Shown here one piece after another: positions 31,049 to 44,240 of a DNA stretch of 64,000 nucleotides; the stretch's first letter is position 1, and every line of letters starts with the position of its first letter. The stretch is from assembly GCA_045654505.1 (NCBI GenBank), contig JAZONM010000018.1, positions 4,581 through 68,580 on the forward strand, in the 5' to 3' direction. Position numbers and translations under genes: made by a program. Below the pieces are notes generated by a model that worked only from the letters and a program-made list of their open reading frames with translations, ran no database searches and had not been told where the DNA came from. The stretch comes from Clostridia bacterium. Lineage in GTDB: Bacteria; Bacillota; Clostridia; Christensenellales; UBA1242.

Positions 31049-31432
31049 ATGGAAAGCAATTTAAAAAGTCTTGCAAGCCTTGCAAAGCAAAGACTAAAAC
31101 AAGGTAATTATACTAGAGAGGTGATTCGTGCCGCAGAGAAAAACAAAGCAAAAGCGAGTGACTATTTCTATCAAAATATATTGTCAATGCGTAAGAAGAA
31201 TTACGTGGCTGAGTTTGTAAAAATAAATCCAAATGACGACCAAAAATTGATTAGTAAAATTCATGGTATACTTGACTCTGAGGAATATCCTTTTAATCCA
31301 ATAGGAAAACTCGTAGATGGCGAGTATTTCAAAATGCTTAATGATATCGAGAAACAACATTACATTCTAAAACTTTGTGAAAAATATAATAAAGTAAAAG
31401 ATGAATATTGTCTCCAACAAAAAATAGGCTAA
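31049..31432 (+). CDS. Hypothetical protein, monocistronic
   Basis: Strong RBS GAGGAGG; hairpin downstream (~31467-31499); no known motif recognised. Confidence 0.65.
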   Translation: MESNLKSLASLAKQRLKQGNYTREVIRAAEKNKAKASDYFYQNILSMRKKNYVAEFVKINPNDDQKLISKIHGILDSEEYPFNPIGKLVDGEYFKMLNDIEKQHYILKLCEKYNKVKDEYCLQQKIG

Positions 31433-31561
31433 AGATAAGTAATGTTTGTTTATAATACTCCTTTTGAAAACTATGTAATTATATATTACATAGTTTTTTG
31501 TATCTTTGTATTTTGTTAAATAGGAGTTTTGTGATACAATATATTGACTATGGGAGATATT

Positions 31562-33850
31562 ATGTACGACTTAAACCAACTAAACGAATTACAAAAGAAA
31601 ATAGTGTTAGATACAGACGGATATATTCTTGTATCGGCTGGAGCGGGGAGTGGCAAAACTCGACTTCTTACTCATAGAGTAGCCTACCTTATCAAAGAAA
31701 AGGGTGTTTCTGCTCAAAATATTCTGGCTATTACTTTTACCAATAAAGCGACGATTGAAATGAAAGAGCGTATTAGTGCAATGACTAATTCTGAGGATGT
31801 GTGGATTAGTACATTCCACTCGATGTGCGCTCGTATCTTGCGACAAAACATATCGGTGCTTGATGGATTTAATAGGTATTTTACTATTTATGATGAGTCG
31901 GATAAGGAAAAACTTATAAAACAAATATGTAAAAATAACGATGTGGATAAGGATCTTGTATCATCTATATCCAACAATATTTCCAATGCAAAAAATATGG
32001 GTTTGAATGCGGTCGAGTATCAAAAACTTACCAATTATGACCGTAATTGGAATACAATCTGTGAGATATATCAAAAATATGATGACGAATTAAAAAACAA
32101 CAATGCTCTAGATTTTGATGATTTGTTAATGAAGACTCTTTATATATTGGAAAAAAATGAGCGTGTACGTAATTATTACCAAACTCAATTTAGATATATA
32201 ATGGTGGATGAGTTTCAGGATACTAATACTGTACAGTATAAGATTTTAAAACAACTCGTAGGCGTGCATCATAATCTATTTGTTGTGGGAGATGAAGACC
32301 AAAGCATATATGGATGGCGTGGAGCCAATATTGAAAACATTAAAAATTTCATCAAAGATTTTCAAGGTGTTAAAGTTTACAAGCTTGAGCAAAATTATCG
32401 TAGCACTAAAAACATTTTGGAATGTGCCAATAAATTAATAGAAAACAATACTTCACGCATAGAAAAAACACTATACACTGAAAATGAGGAAGGCGAAAAA
32501 GTAAATTACAAAATCTGCTATGACGAAAAAGAAGAAGGCGATTGGGTTTGTAGAAAGATATCTGATCTCCATTATAGCGGTGTGGATTATGATGAGATTG
32601 GCATCTTAATGCGAATCAATTCTACCAGTAGGATTTTTGAAGAAAAACTACTAAATTACAATATTCCATATAAAATAAGCGGTGGTCAAAAATTCTATGA
32701 CCGTATGGAGATTAAAAATATACTTGCATATCTAAGTTTGATTGTAAACGACAAGGACAATGTAGCACTTGAGCGCATAATCAATTTTCCTCGTCGTGGC
32801 ATTGGTGATAGTACTATTGATAAAATCAATCAAATAGCAAAACAATATTCATTGTCTGAGTGGGAAGTAATAAATAAATTGACATACTTTGGTCTGGACA
32901 AATTGTCGGGAAAAGTAAAACCATTTGTAGATTTGATTATTGATTTAAAGGACCTTGCCGACAATAGCTTGCTTGCAGATTTTGTGGATAGTCTTATATC
33001 AAAAACTCAAATATTGGATGTCTTTAATTCGGGGACTGAAGATGATGATAATAGAAAGAGAAATATAAGAGAATTTGCAAAATCTGTAAAAGAGTGGTCA
33101 CTTGAGAATCCAGGTGCAACTCTAGTAGAGTATTTGGAGAGTGTCACATTACAAAATTCTGCATCAGATGAAGATTTGGAAGGTGGTAAGGTTACACTGT
33201 CCACCGCACATGCAGCTAAAGGTCTTGAGTTTGATTATGTATTTGTTGTTGCGTGTGAGGAAGGTATGTTTCCTCTTAGTCGATCAATAGATAATGGAGA
33301 TGTGGAAGAAGAGCGTAGACTTATGTATGTGGCAGTCACCCGAGCTAAAAAACAATTATTTATTTCTCGTGCAAAAAGTCGTATGGTTTATGGTTGTACA
33401 GGCAATACTATGCCAAGTAGATTCCTTGATGAGATGGGATTAAAGTCAATGGAAAAATTCCAAAAAACATTTGACTTCGATGATGATTATATTGAAGATA
33501 AAGGTTATGAATATATACCAAATAAAAGTTATGATTTTAGCTCAAAATTCTCCTTTGGTGGTGGTGTAAAACTAAACAACGAAGCACCAAAGACAAAGCC
33601 TCAAATTACGACTGATAATACTAATTACGTAGACAATAAATTATGGCAAACAAAACTAAATTCACAAAAGAAAAGCTTTGACGAATATCAAATTGGTGTA
33701 AAAGTATTACATCCGAAATTTGGCATTGGTGAAATTGTGAACACACAGATTATTGACAATAATAATTATGTTACTGTCAAATTCGTGGGTGTAGGAAACA
33801 AAACATTGGCGTTAAGCTTTGCGCCTTTGCAAATTTTGAAAAATAAATAA
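31562..33850 (+). CDS. pcrA: ATP-dependent DNA helicase PcrA/UvrD
   Basis: AGAGSGKT, VDEFQDTN, VGDEDQSIYGWRGA, EERRLMYVAVTRA, C-terminal HPKFG Tudor domain. Confidence 0.96.
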   Translation: MYDLNQLNELQKKIVLDTDGYILVSAGAGSGKTRLLTHRVAYLIKEKGVSAQNILAITFTNKATIEMKERISAMTNSEDVWISTFHSMCARILRQNISVLDGFNRYFTIYDESDKEKLIKQICKNNDVDKDLVSSISNNISNAKNMGLNAVEYQKLTNYDRNWNTICEIYQKYDDELKNNNALDFDDLLMKTLYILEKNERVRNYYQTQFRYIMVDEFQDTNTVQYKILKQLVGVHHNLFVVGDEDQSIYGWRGANIENIKNFIKDFQGVKVYKLEQNYRSTKNILECANKLIENNTSRIEKTLYTENEEGEKVNYKICYDEKEEGDWVCRKISDLHYSGVDYDEIGILMRINSTSRIFEEKLLNYNIPYKISGGQKFYDRMEIKNILAYLSLIVNDKDNVALERIINFPRRGIGDSTIDKINQIAKQYSLSEWEVINKLTYFGLDKLSGKVKPFVDLIIDLKDLADNSLLADFVDSLISKTQILDVFNSGTEDDDNRKRNIREFAKSVKEWSLENPGATLVEYLESVTLQNSASDEDLEGGKVTLSTAHAAKGLEFDYVFVVACEEGMFPLSRSIDNGDVEEERRLMYVAVTRAKKQLFISRAKSRMVYGCTGNTMPSRFLDEMGLKSMEKFQKTFDFDDDYIEDKGYEYIPNKSYDFSSKFSFGGGVKLNNEAPKTKPQITTDNTNYVDNKLWQTKLNSQKKSFDEYQIGVKVLHPKFGIGEIVNTQIIDNNNYVTVKFVGVGNKTLALSFAPLQILKNK

Positions 33851-33879
33851 AACAACAAAAATATTATGTTTTTTGATAA

Positions 33880-35853
<1,974 letters not shown>

Positions 35854-36043
35854 ATTTGATTTTAAATCTTCACTGATGTCTCTATAAATTTATTAAAATG
35901 AAGGGGTTTTATTCTTTGTGTGGTAATTAAAGATTTAAGCCCATTATATATTTAATTTAAAGAAAATATATAATTATGGTTGAAAAAAAGAAAAACGTAT
36001 GATAAAATCAATGCGTACAAATAGAAATTTTAAGGAGCAGATA

Positions 36044-36232
36044 ATGTTACTAGAGCCACCTATTGACAATCTTGTCGCTAAAGCAGGCAATCCTTACAAA
36101 CTTGCAGTTTTAGTTGGAAAACGCGCTGCTGAGTTGTACAACACTCTTAGCGAAGAAGAAAAAGAAAAGAAACCTGTTGTTTCAAAAGCTGTTGAAGAAT
36201 TTCACAATGGCAAAATAATCGAGAAAAAATAA
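36044..36232 (+). CDS. rpoZ: RNA polymerase omega subunit
   Basis: MLLEPPID, YKLAVLVGKRA, KPVVSKAVEE; RBS AAGGAG. Confidence 0.88.
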   Translation: MLLEPPIDNLVAKAGNPYKLAVLVGKRAAELYNTLSEEEKEKKPVVSKAVEEFHNGKIIEKK

Positions 36233-36297
36233 ATCTATTTTTCAAATTCTATTGTACAAACTTTTTGTTGCGATAGAATTTTTTTTGACGGTAGAAT

Positions 36298-38487
36298 ATG
36301 ATTGCAGAAGTAATAGTTGATGTTTTGAATGCAGAAGTCGACCGAATATTTGAATACATGTTTGATGCTGACCAAGACATATCCATGGGAGATAGAGTAT
36401 CTGTTCCTTTTGGAAGCAGAACAATCGAAGGTTATGTATTAGGAACTAAAGAAAATAGCGATTTTGACCCATCAAAACTTAAAAAAATCAACAAAAAACT
36501 AGACAAAACTCCAATAATTAAGCCTCATATGATAAAACTGTGTTATCAAATGAAGGAAAAACTGCACTTGCGTATGCTAGATGCCATACGTCTTGTTTTG
36601 CCGTCTCCTGTGAGAAATAATAAAGTAAAACATATTGAGCAAAAGATGTGTTATTTGGCTGACGAGATTGATGGTTATATAAGTAAAATCAGAGCAAATG
36701 CCAATAATGAGAGGGGGCTTATAAAATATCTTCAAGACAATGGTGAGTGTGATTTTACTCGACTTGCTAAGATGTTTTCAAATGCCACTCTAAATAAATT
36801 AATAAAAAATGACATAGTAAAGTTTAGGACTGAGGTCGTCAATAGAAAGGTCGAATTTGATAAAAGCAAAGACAAAAAAGTCAATCTTACTGCCACCCAG
36901 CAAAATGCTGTCAATACTATACTCAATGGTGGAAAACACCTTTTACATGGTGTAACTGGTAGCGGTAAGACCGAAGTTTATCTTAATGTCATCGATAAAG
37001 TTTTGGAAGAAGGCAAGTCGGCGATTATGTTGGTGCCTGAGATATCCTTGACCCCACAAATGATACGTATTTTCTCTGCTCGTTTTGGTGATAAGGTCGC
37101 TCTTCTTCATAGTGGTCTATCGCTCGGTGAGAAGTATGACGAGTGGTATCGACTTTATTCAGGCGAAGCAAAAATTGCAATCGGCGCTAGAAGTTGTGTC
37201 TTTGCGCCCCTTGATAATCTTGGAGTGATTATTATTGATGAGGAGCATGATAGCTCATATGTGGCAGATAGTAATCCAAGATACAACACTTTTGATATTG
37301 CTTCTCTTCGTTCGGATAATGAAAACTGTCCTTTAGTAGTCGGTAGCGCGACTCCAAGCATTGAGACATACTATCTTGCAAAGTCTGGAGCACTTAATCT
37401 TATAGAAATGCCAGTACGTGTCAACAACAAAGCAATGCCTGCAATCGAGATTGTAGATATGTGTAATGAGTTTAGACGAGGAAACACAACTCCTTTTTCC
37501 ACACCATTACTTGAGAGACTTACAGATGTTGTCGACAATTCAAAACAAGCGATATTGTTTATAAATCGTAGAGGTTTTTCCTCCTTTTTGATGTGTAGAG
37601 ATTGCGGTTATATACCAAAATGTGATGCTTGTGATGTATCTTTAGTATATCATAAAAATGACAATCAATTAAAGTGTCACTATTGTGGTAAAAGATACCA
37701 TGCCATAAATACATGTCCAAACTGTGGTGGTCATGATTTAAAATATGGTGGAGTAGGCACTCAGCAAGTTGTGGAAGAACTAAACAAACTTTTCCCAAAT
37801 ACAAAAGTATTTCGCATGGACAATGACACCACTCAAACAAAAAATGCTCATGGCAAGATTCTAAAAGAATTTGGCGAGACCAAACCCGCAATACTTGTAG
37901 GTACTCAAATGGTCGCAAAAGGTCATGACTTTCCGGAAGTTGGTTTTGTCGGAATACTTGATGCAGACTTAAGTCTCTTCTTTAGTGATTTTCGTGCCAG
38001 TGAGAAGACTTTCCAACTTATCACTCAAGTAGCAGGAAGGGCAGGAAGAAGTTTGCTTGAAGGACATGTGGTTTTGCAGACTTATTTCCCTAAAAACTAC
38101 GTCTACAAATTATGTGCAAATTACGACTACAATCGTATTTATGATAAAGAAATAAATTTAAGAGAAACCACCAATTATCCACCTTATTCTAAGATATTGC
38201 GACTTCTTTTCACGTCTCAAAAAGATGATGTCGTACGTAATCTTACTCATGAAGTTTTTATGAAACTCAAAGAACTGAGAATACAGAATAAAGAGGACTT
38301 TCTATTTTTGGAAGGGATGAAGTCTCCAATTACAAAAATAAAAAATAAGTATCGTTATCAGATACTAGTAAAACTTCGTCTTGACAATAGTGAAAAAATG
38401 ATAGACGAAATATATCGTGTTTTAGATAAATTTGTACTTAAAGATGTATCGACTTTTGTGGAGATAAATCCACTTAATTTGAGTTGA
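36298..38487 (+). CDS. priA: Primosomal protein N'
   Basis: GVTGSGKTEVY, DEEH, GSATPS, Cys-rich region, QVAGRAGR. Confidence 0.97.
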   Translation: MIAEVIVDVLNAEVDRIFEYMFDADQDISMGDRVSVPFGSRTIEGYVLGTKENSDFDPSKLKKINKKLDKTPIIKPHMIKLCYQMKEKLHLRMLDAIRLVLPSPVRNNKVKHIEQKMCYLADEIDGYISKIRANANNERGLIKYLQDNGECDFTRLAKMFSNATLNKLIKNDIVKFRTEVVNRKVEFDKSKDKKVNLTATQQNAVNTILNGGKHLLHGVTGSGKTEVYLNVIDKVLEEGKSAIMLVPEISLTPQMIRIFSARFGDKVALLHSGLSLGEKYDEWYRLYSGEAKIAIGARSCVFAPLDNLGVIIIDEEHDSSYVADSNPRYNTFDIASLRSDNENCPLVVGSATPSIETYYLAKSGALNLIEMPVRVNNKAMPAIEIVDMCNEFRRGNTTPFSTPLLERLTDVVDNSKQAILFINRRGFSSFLMCRDCGYIPKCDACDVSLVYHKNDNQLKCHYCGKRYHAINTCPNCGGHDLKYGGVGTQQVVEELNKLFPNTKVFRMDNDTTQTKNAHGKILKEFGETKPAILVGTQMVAKGHDFPEVGFVGILDADLSLFFSDFRASEKTFQLITQVAGRAGRSLLEGHVVLQTYFPKNYVYKLCANYDYNRIYDKEINLRETTNYPPYSKILRLLFTSQKDDVVRNLTHEVFMKLKELRIQNKEDFLFLEGMKSPITKIKNKYRYQILVKLRLDNSEKMIDEIYRVLDKFVLKDVSTFVEINPLNLS

Positions 38488-38603
38488 TTTTTACTAAACA
38501 CTTGTTTATTTAATTGAAAATAGTTATAATCAAATAATAATTTGACACAAGATATTGTATTTTTAATCGACAAATCATCAATATTTTGTGGTAGGAGAGA
38601 AAT

Positions 38604-39095
38604 ATGGCAATTAGAAATATAGTTTTGAGCCCAAGTGAAACATTGAAAAAAGTAAGTAAAGAAGTCAAAGTTTTTGATGAAGCTTTGTCCACCCTTCTTG
38701 ACGATATGTATGACACAATGGTTTATAATTATGGTGTGGGTCTAGCTGGTCCACAAATTGGTGTCCTAAAACGTGTTGTGGTAATCGAGATAAATGGCAT
38801 AAAACTTGACCTTGTAAATCCTAAAATCATCAAGAAAGAAGGTTCGTGCAGAGACGTGGAGGCCTGTCTTTCTGTAAAAGGAGTTCAAGGCTGGGTAACA
38901 CGGCCTGAAAAAGTCACAATAACAGCATTTGATAGAGAGGGTAATCAATTTGAGTTTACTGGCGTCGGTCATATGGCTCAATGTATCTGTCACGAATTAG
39001 ACCACCTTGACGGAATACTTTTCACTGATGTTATGGATGAAGTTTATATGTCTGGTGGCAAGAAAAATAAAAAGAAAAACAAAGGTAATGACTAA
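38604..39095 (+). CDS. def: Peptide deformylase
   Basis: GVGLAGPQIG, EACLS, HELDHLDG. Confidence 0.96.
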   Translation: MAIRNIVLSPSETLKKVSKEVKVFDEALSTLLDDMYDTMVYNYGVGLAGPQIGVLKRVVVIEINGIKLDLVNPKIIKKEGSCRDVEACLSVKGVQGWVTRPEKVTITAFDREGNQFEFTGVGHMAQCICHELDHLDGILFTDVMDEVYMSGGKKNKKKNKGND

Positions 39096-40066
39096 TGAAA
39101 GTTATATTTTTAGGCACTCCCGAATTTGCAGTTCCTACACTTAAAGCACTGATTGAAAATCATGAAGTTGTGGGTGTGGTTACACAATTGGACAAACCTG
39201 TTGGCAGAAGCAAGACTCCTGTTTTTTCTCCTATCAAAAAAATAGCAATCCAAAATAATATTCCTGTCTACCAATATAGAAGAATACGAAAAGAGGGCAT
39301 AGAGGACCTTAAAAATCTTAATGCAGATGTTATGGTGACTTGTGCATATGGTCAAATATTAAGCCAAGAAATTTTGGACATAACTCCAATTGGGGTAATC
39401 AATGTACATGGTTCGTTGTTGCCTAAATACAGAGGGGCAGCTCCAATTCAATGGAGTATAATCAATGGCGACAAAACCACTGGGATTACCATATTGCGTA
39501 GTGAGGCTGGTATGGATGATGGCGACACAATGCTTAAAAAAGAGGTCGAGATTTTGCCTTATGAAACAAGCGAAAGTTTGTTTTCGCGCCTTAGTACTAT
39601 TGGTGCAGATTGTTTAATTGAAGCGCTACGATTGATTGAAAATGGGGAGGCAGTATTTACTCCTCAGGACCATGATAATGCTACAATTTGTAAAATGCTA
39701 AAACCTGAGATGGCAGTACTTGATTTTTCTCTACCAGCGATCCAACTTTGTAATATTATTCATGGGCTAAATCCATGGCCTGTTGTAAAACTTAAAATCA
39801 ATGATTTTATTTTTAAAGTGTTTACCGCTCGTGTTTTGAGTGAGGAAGAGGTGTCAAGATTTGTACCCAATTTAAGCGAGTTTTGTCAAGGTCAAGTTGT
39901 GTTGTCATCGCCAAAACGCGGTCTTGTAATAAAGTGCGGTAGGGATTATATCTATCTTTTAGAGATACAAAATCAAAACTCAAAAAGAATGACGAGTAAT
40001 GCATTCCTTAATGGTAAAAATATTCCACAAGGCAGTTATGCTGAAAGTGTGATTAGCCATGAATAA
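39095..40066 (+). CDS. fmt: Methionyl-tRNA formyltransferase
   Basis: FLGTPEFA, NVHGSLLPKYRGAAPI. Confidence 0.96.
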   Translation: MKVIFLGTPEFAVPTLKALIENHEVVGVVTQLDKPVGRSKTPVFSPIKKIAIQNNIPVYQYRRIRKEGIEDLKNLNADVMVTCAYGQILSQEILDITPIGVINVHGSLLPKYRGAAPIQWSIINGDKTTGITILRSEAGMDDGDTMLKKEVEILPYETSESLFSRLSTIGADCLIEALRLIENGEAVFTPQDHDNATICKMLKPEMAVLDFSLPAIQLCNIIHGLNPWPVVKLKINDFIFKVFTARVLSEEEVSRFVPNLSEFCQGQVVLSSPKRGLVIKCGRDYIYLLEIQNQNSKRMTSNAFLNGKNIPQGSYAESVISHE

Positions 40067-41342
40067 AGAACTTAGAAAAGCCTATGACATTCTAAAAAAG
40101 GTGTATATAGATAAGAGTTTTGCGAGTATTCAATTGAATAAAGATGCTGACAAAAGCATCAATTTTGGTCTGGTAACCAAAATAGTGTATGGTGTCATAG
40201 AAAAGGACATTTACCTTGAGTATCGAATAAAACAATTTGTCAAAAATCCCACAAAACCCAATATTCTTATAATTTTGAAAATTGGTGCATATGTACTGGA
40301 AAATATCAATTCTATTCCTCCATACGCATGCATAAATGAGTGCGTCGAGATAGTCAAGGGTGAGAGTGATAAGTATATTGCGGGATTTGTTAATGCCACA
40401 CTTAAAAACCTTCTAAAACAAGCTCTAATACTTCCTGATGCAAAAAATAGTATTTCAAGATACTTATCAATCAAATATTCTTATCCCGAATGGATAATTA
40501 AAAAGTTGCTTGCTTACAAAACAGTTGGTTTTATCGAAGAAATGCTTTCAAAACAACTCACAACTCTAACACATATAAGAGTATTAAAAGATTTTGCTTT
40601 ATTTAAATCAAGGCTTGATGAGAAAAAAATCACTTATGTGATGAGTCAAATTGACAATTGTCTATATGTTGAGTATTCATCATTACTTGAATGGGTCGAG
40701 TTGTCGTCATATTATACTGTACAAGGGCTTCCGAGCATTATCTCTGCATTGACTCTAGGAGCTAAGAGCGGAGACAAAGTGCTTGATTGTACCGGAGCTC
40801 CTGGTGGAAAATCAGGCGTTATTGCGTCATTACATGAAAAGATTGAAGTTACGTGTTGTGATATTCATTCGCATAGAGTATTGCTTATAAAACAGTATAT
40901 GAAAAAACTCGGATTAAACAATGTCCTTGCACTTCGTCAAGATGCGACAGAATATAGGGAAGAGTGGTCCGAAAATTTTGATTGTGTGTTATGTGATGTA
41001 CCTTGTAGTGGTATTGGTGTAATAAATAAAAAACCAGACATTATGCTTAATCGTGTGCCACAAGACATAACAGCACTTGCTTCCACTCAATACAAAATTT
41101 TGTCAAATAATTCAAAATATGTTAAGCAAAACGGAACATTGGTGTATAGCACATGTTCGATTTTGAAAGAAGAAAATGAAGATGTAGTAATGAGATTTTT
41201 GAAAAACAATCCTCAATTTCAATTAGAAAAAATCGAAACCTTTGGTGTCAATGTTTTGGAAAGTAATAACATGTACACTTTCTATCCTCATGTATCGGAT
41301 ACAGAAGGATTTTTCATAGCTAAATTAAAAAAGATTAAGTAG
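40059..41342 (+). CDS. rsmB: 16S rRNA m5C967 methyltransferase
   Basis: NusB-like N-terminus, DCTGAPGGKS, DVPCSG, YSTCS. Confidence 0.92.
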   Translation: MNKELRKAYDILKKVYIDKSFASIQLNKDADKSINFGLVTKIVYGVIEKDIYLEYRIKQFVKNPTKPNILIILKIGAYVLENINSIPPYACINECVEIVKGESDKYIAGFVNATLKNLLKQALILPDAKNSISRYLSIKYSYPEWIIKKLLAYKTVGFIEEMLSKQLTTLTHIRVLKDFALFKSRLDEKKITYVMSQIDNCLYVEYSSLLEWVELSSYYTVQGLPSIISALTLGAKSGDKVLDCTGAPGGKSGVIASLHEKIEVTCCDIHSHRVLLIKQYMKKLGLNNVLALRQDATEYREEWSENFDCVLCDVPCSGIGVINKKPDIMLNRVPQDITALASTQYKILSNNSKYVKQNGTLVYSTCSILKEENEDVVMRFLKNNPQFQLEKIETFGVNVLESNNMYTFYPHVSDTEGFFIAKLKKIK

Positions 41343-41351
41343 GATAAAATT

Positions 41352-42584
41352 ATGAAGATTTTACTAGATAACAATTTAAAACAAATTACAAATATTGTGA
41401 CCTCACTAGAAGAAAGTGCTTTTAGGGGCCAACAACTTTATAATGCAATGCTTAATGGTAAAGACTTTGGAGACAAAATCAATTTGCCTAAGTCGTTACT
41501 AGATAAACTGCAAGAAAAAGGCTGGCTTTTACAACCACTTAAAATAGAAAAGCAAATCAAGTCAAATACAAAAGGCGACAATAATATCAAATTTCTTTAT
41601 AGACTTAGTGATGGAAATATAATAGAGGGCATGCTTATGCAATATAAGTATGGCAATACTTTATGTGTAAGTACGCAAGTCGGTTGTAAAATGAATTGTG
41701 CTTTTTGTGCAAGCGGACTAAATGGCTGGATACGCAATCTTACTTCAGGTGAGATATTAGGTCAAGTTGTGGCTGTAAATGCACTTCTAGGTGGTACTGT
41801 CAAAGATAGAAAGATTACAAATGTAGTCCTTATGGGCACTGGTGAGCCTCTTGACAATTTTGACAATACAGTAGATTTTTTAAAGGCAATTACTGCTGAT
41901 AATAATTTTAATTTTAGTGTGCGAAATATATCCCTTTCTACATGTGGTATTCCTGCTAAAATTGAGGCGCTTGCAGACTTGGGGCTTCCTATCACTCTAT
42001 GTATATCACTACACGCTCCCAATGACGAAATCCGCAAAACTATAATGCCGATTGCACGTTCTTTTTCTATAAAAAGCGTGCTTGAGAGTGCAAAGCACTA
42101 TCACACTCTTACAAATCGCCGAATCATTATTGAGTATGTTTTGATAGAAGGTATCAATAATAGACTTGCTGACGCGAAAGAACTTGCCTCCCTTCTTCGC
42201 GAACTCCCTTGTCATGTCAATTTGATTAGACTAAATGAGGTGGACGAAAGGGGATTAAAAGCACCGACAATCAAATCTTGCGAAATGTTTTTAAATAATC
42301 TGCATATGTTTGGTGTTAGTGCTACAATGCGACGCACAATTGGTGATGATATTGATGGAGCATGTGGTCAATTACGAAATAAAAATTTAAAAGAATCAGG
42401 CGTATCTAATCATCAGGGTAAAAAACTTGATGACGCAAAAAAACAAAAGACTGAGAAAGCAGTACAAAAAACATACAAAACATCTACAAATAAAGATGCA
42501 AAGGCATCAAAACGTGGCTCTAATGTTGTTTCAAAAAGTCAAAATGTAGATAAAAACACAAAAAAATATCGTAAAAGTAGATAA
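41352..42584 (+). CDS. rlmN: Dual-specificity RNA methyltransferase RlmN with basic C-terminal tail
   Basis: CVSTQVGCKMNCAFC, MGTGEP, DIDGACGQL. Confidence 0.95.
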   Translation: MKILLDNNLKQITNIVTSLEESAFRGQQLYNAMLNGKDFGDKINLPKSLLDKLQEKGWLLQPLKIEKQIKSNTKGDNNIKFLYRLSDGNIIEGMLMQYKYGNTLCVSTQVGCKMNCAFCASGLNGWIRNLTSGEILGQVVAVNALLGGTVKDRKITNVVLMGTGEPLDNFDNTVDFLKAITADNNFNFSVRNISLSTCGIPAKIEALADLGLPITLCISLHAPNDEIRKTIMPIARSFSIKSVLESAKHYHTLTNRRIIIEYVLIEGINNRLADAKELASLLRELPCHVNLIRLNEVDERGLKAPTIKSCEMFLNNLHMFGVSATMRRTIGDDIDGACGQLRNKNLKESGVSNHQGKKLDDAKKQKTEKAVQKTYKTSTNKDAKASKRGSNVVSKSQNVDKNTKKYRKSR

Positions 42585-42595
42585 GGAAAATAATA

Positions 42596-43480
42596 TTGGA
42601 TAGATACAGAGTGGTCCGTATAATGGGCGGAGACATAACAGTTACAGATGGTGAAAAAAGTTATGATTGCATATCTAAAGGCAATCTAAAGAAAAGTAGC
42701 AAAGTCTGTGTCGGGGATTATGTCAAAATAAGCGAAAACAATTATAGTAAGGGCAAGTACGTAATTGACAAGGTTTTGCCTCGAAAAAATCAGTTGATCC
42801 GACCTAATGTTACCAATATTGACCAATTGGTTATTGTCCTTGCCACAACTCCCCAACCTGATTTGAGCCTTATTGACAAGTTGATTATCTTTGCCGAACT
42901 TAACGATATTTCGCCAATACTTGTAATAAATAAGGTTGACATTTCGAATGAAACAGAGATACAAAATCTGGTTTTGCAATATAAAGATGTTGTGAAAGAA
43001 ATCATCGTAATCAGTGCAAAAAACAACATTGGAATTGAAAATCTAAAATTAGTACTTAAAGGTAAATTTTCGGCTTTGGCAGGGCAGAGCGCAGTGGGCA
43101 AAAGCACCCTTATAAATGCGCTTGACTCCAAACTAAATCTTGATACAAATGGACTTAGCGAAAAAATCTCTCGTGGAAAACATACGACACGTCATTCAGA
43201 AATATACAAGATAGATGACATTTTGATCGCTGATACACCTGGATTTAGTATGCTTGAAATAGATAAGATATCCTACGTTGACTTGCATTATTATTACAAA
43301 GATTTTGCACCATATTTTGCTGAGTGCAAATTTTCTGGCTGTACACATATCAATTGTACTGCTGACAATTGTGAAGTTGTAAAGAATGTCAAAAACGGCA
43401 AAATACATTTGGAAAGATATCAAAGATATTGTAAAATGTACAATGACATGAAAGAAAAATGGAGAGAAAAATATGATTAA
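42596..43480 (+). CDS. rsgA: Ribosome small subunit-dependent GTPase A
   Basis: NKVD, GQSAVGKST, GKHTTR, DTPGF, CKFSGCTH. Confidence 0.95.
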   Translation: MDRYRVVRIMGGDITVTDGEKSYDCISKGNLKKSSKVCVGDYVKISENNYSKGKYVIDKVLPRKNQLIRPNVTNIDQLVIVLATTPQPDLSLIDKLIIFAELNDISPILVINKVDISNETEIQNLVLQYKDVVKEIIVISAKNNIGIENLKLVLKGKFSALAGQSAVGKSTLINALDSKLNLDTNGLSEKISRGKHTTRHSEIYKIDDILIADTPGFSMLEIDKISYVDLHYYYKDFAPYFAECKFSGCTHINCTADNCEVVKNVKNGKIHLERYQRYCKMYNDMKEKWREKYD

Positions 43481-44129
43481 AATTGCACCAAGTACTCTTG
43501 CAGAAAAAGAAGAACGACTTGTAGAATATGTAAAGGAATTGCAAAAACTTAATGTTGATTATGTTCATTGTGACGTTATGGACGGAAAATTTGTGCAAAA
43601 TACCTGTCTTTCATATGACTTGCTTAAAGAGGTTAGAGCAAATACTGCACTTCCACTTGATGTTCATTTGATGGTTAAGGACCCTAATTCAGTACTTGAT
43701 AAGTATTGTGCTCTTCGTCCTACCATACTTACAGTACATTTTGAAGCTTTTTCCAATCAAGGCACTCTTATGTCTGCGATTAAGAAAATACGAAAATCAA
43801 AGGCTCTTGTCGGTATCAGTATTAAGCCTACCACACCTGTAAATCGAATACTTCATCTTCTTCCATACATTGACCTTGTATTGGTTATGGGTGTTGAGCC
43901 AGGCAAATCTGGTCAAAAAATGATTTCCAATACATGTCCTAAGGTGAAAGAACTTAGAGGTTTTATCTACGACAGCAATCTAGATGTTAAAATTGAGGTT
44001 GATGGTGGTGTTAATGAAGAAAACCTTAAAAATCTAGCACTTGCTGGAGTTGATATTGTTGTTATGGGAAAACATTTTTATGAGCATACAAAAAAATCTC
44101 AATTGATAGATAAAGTACACAGACAATAA
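43473..44129 (+). CDS. rpe: Ribulose-phosphate 3-epimerase
   Basis: HCDVMDGKFV, DVHLM, EVDGG. Confidence 0.93.
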   Translation: MIKIAPSTLAEKEERLVEYVKELQKLNVDYVHCDVMDGKFVQNTCLSYDLLKEVRANTALPLDVHLMVKDPNSVLDKYCALRPTILTVHFEAFSNQGTLMSAIKKIRKSKALVGISIKPTTPVNRILHLLPYIDLVLVMGVEPGKSGQKMISNTCPKVKELRGFIYDSNLDVKIEVDGGVNEENLKNLALAGVDIVVMGKHFYEHTKKSQLIDKVHRQ

Positions 44130-44240
44130 TTCAATTCAAATAGTAAAAAAGGCAAATACAAGAATTTGTCTTTTTTTATTGCAATTTGTAATAATTTGTT
44201 TTATTATATAAATAATAAAATTAGTATAATGAGGAATATT

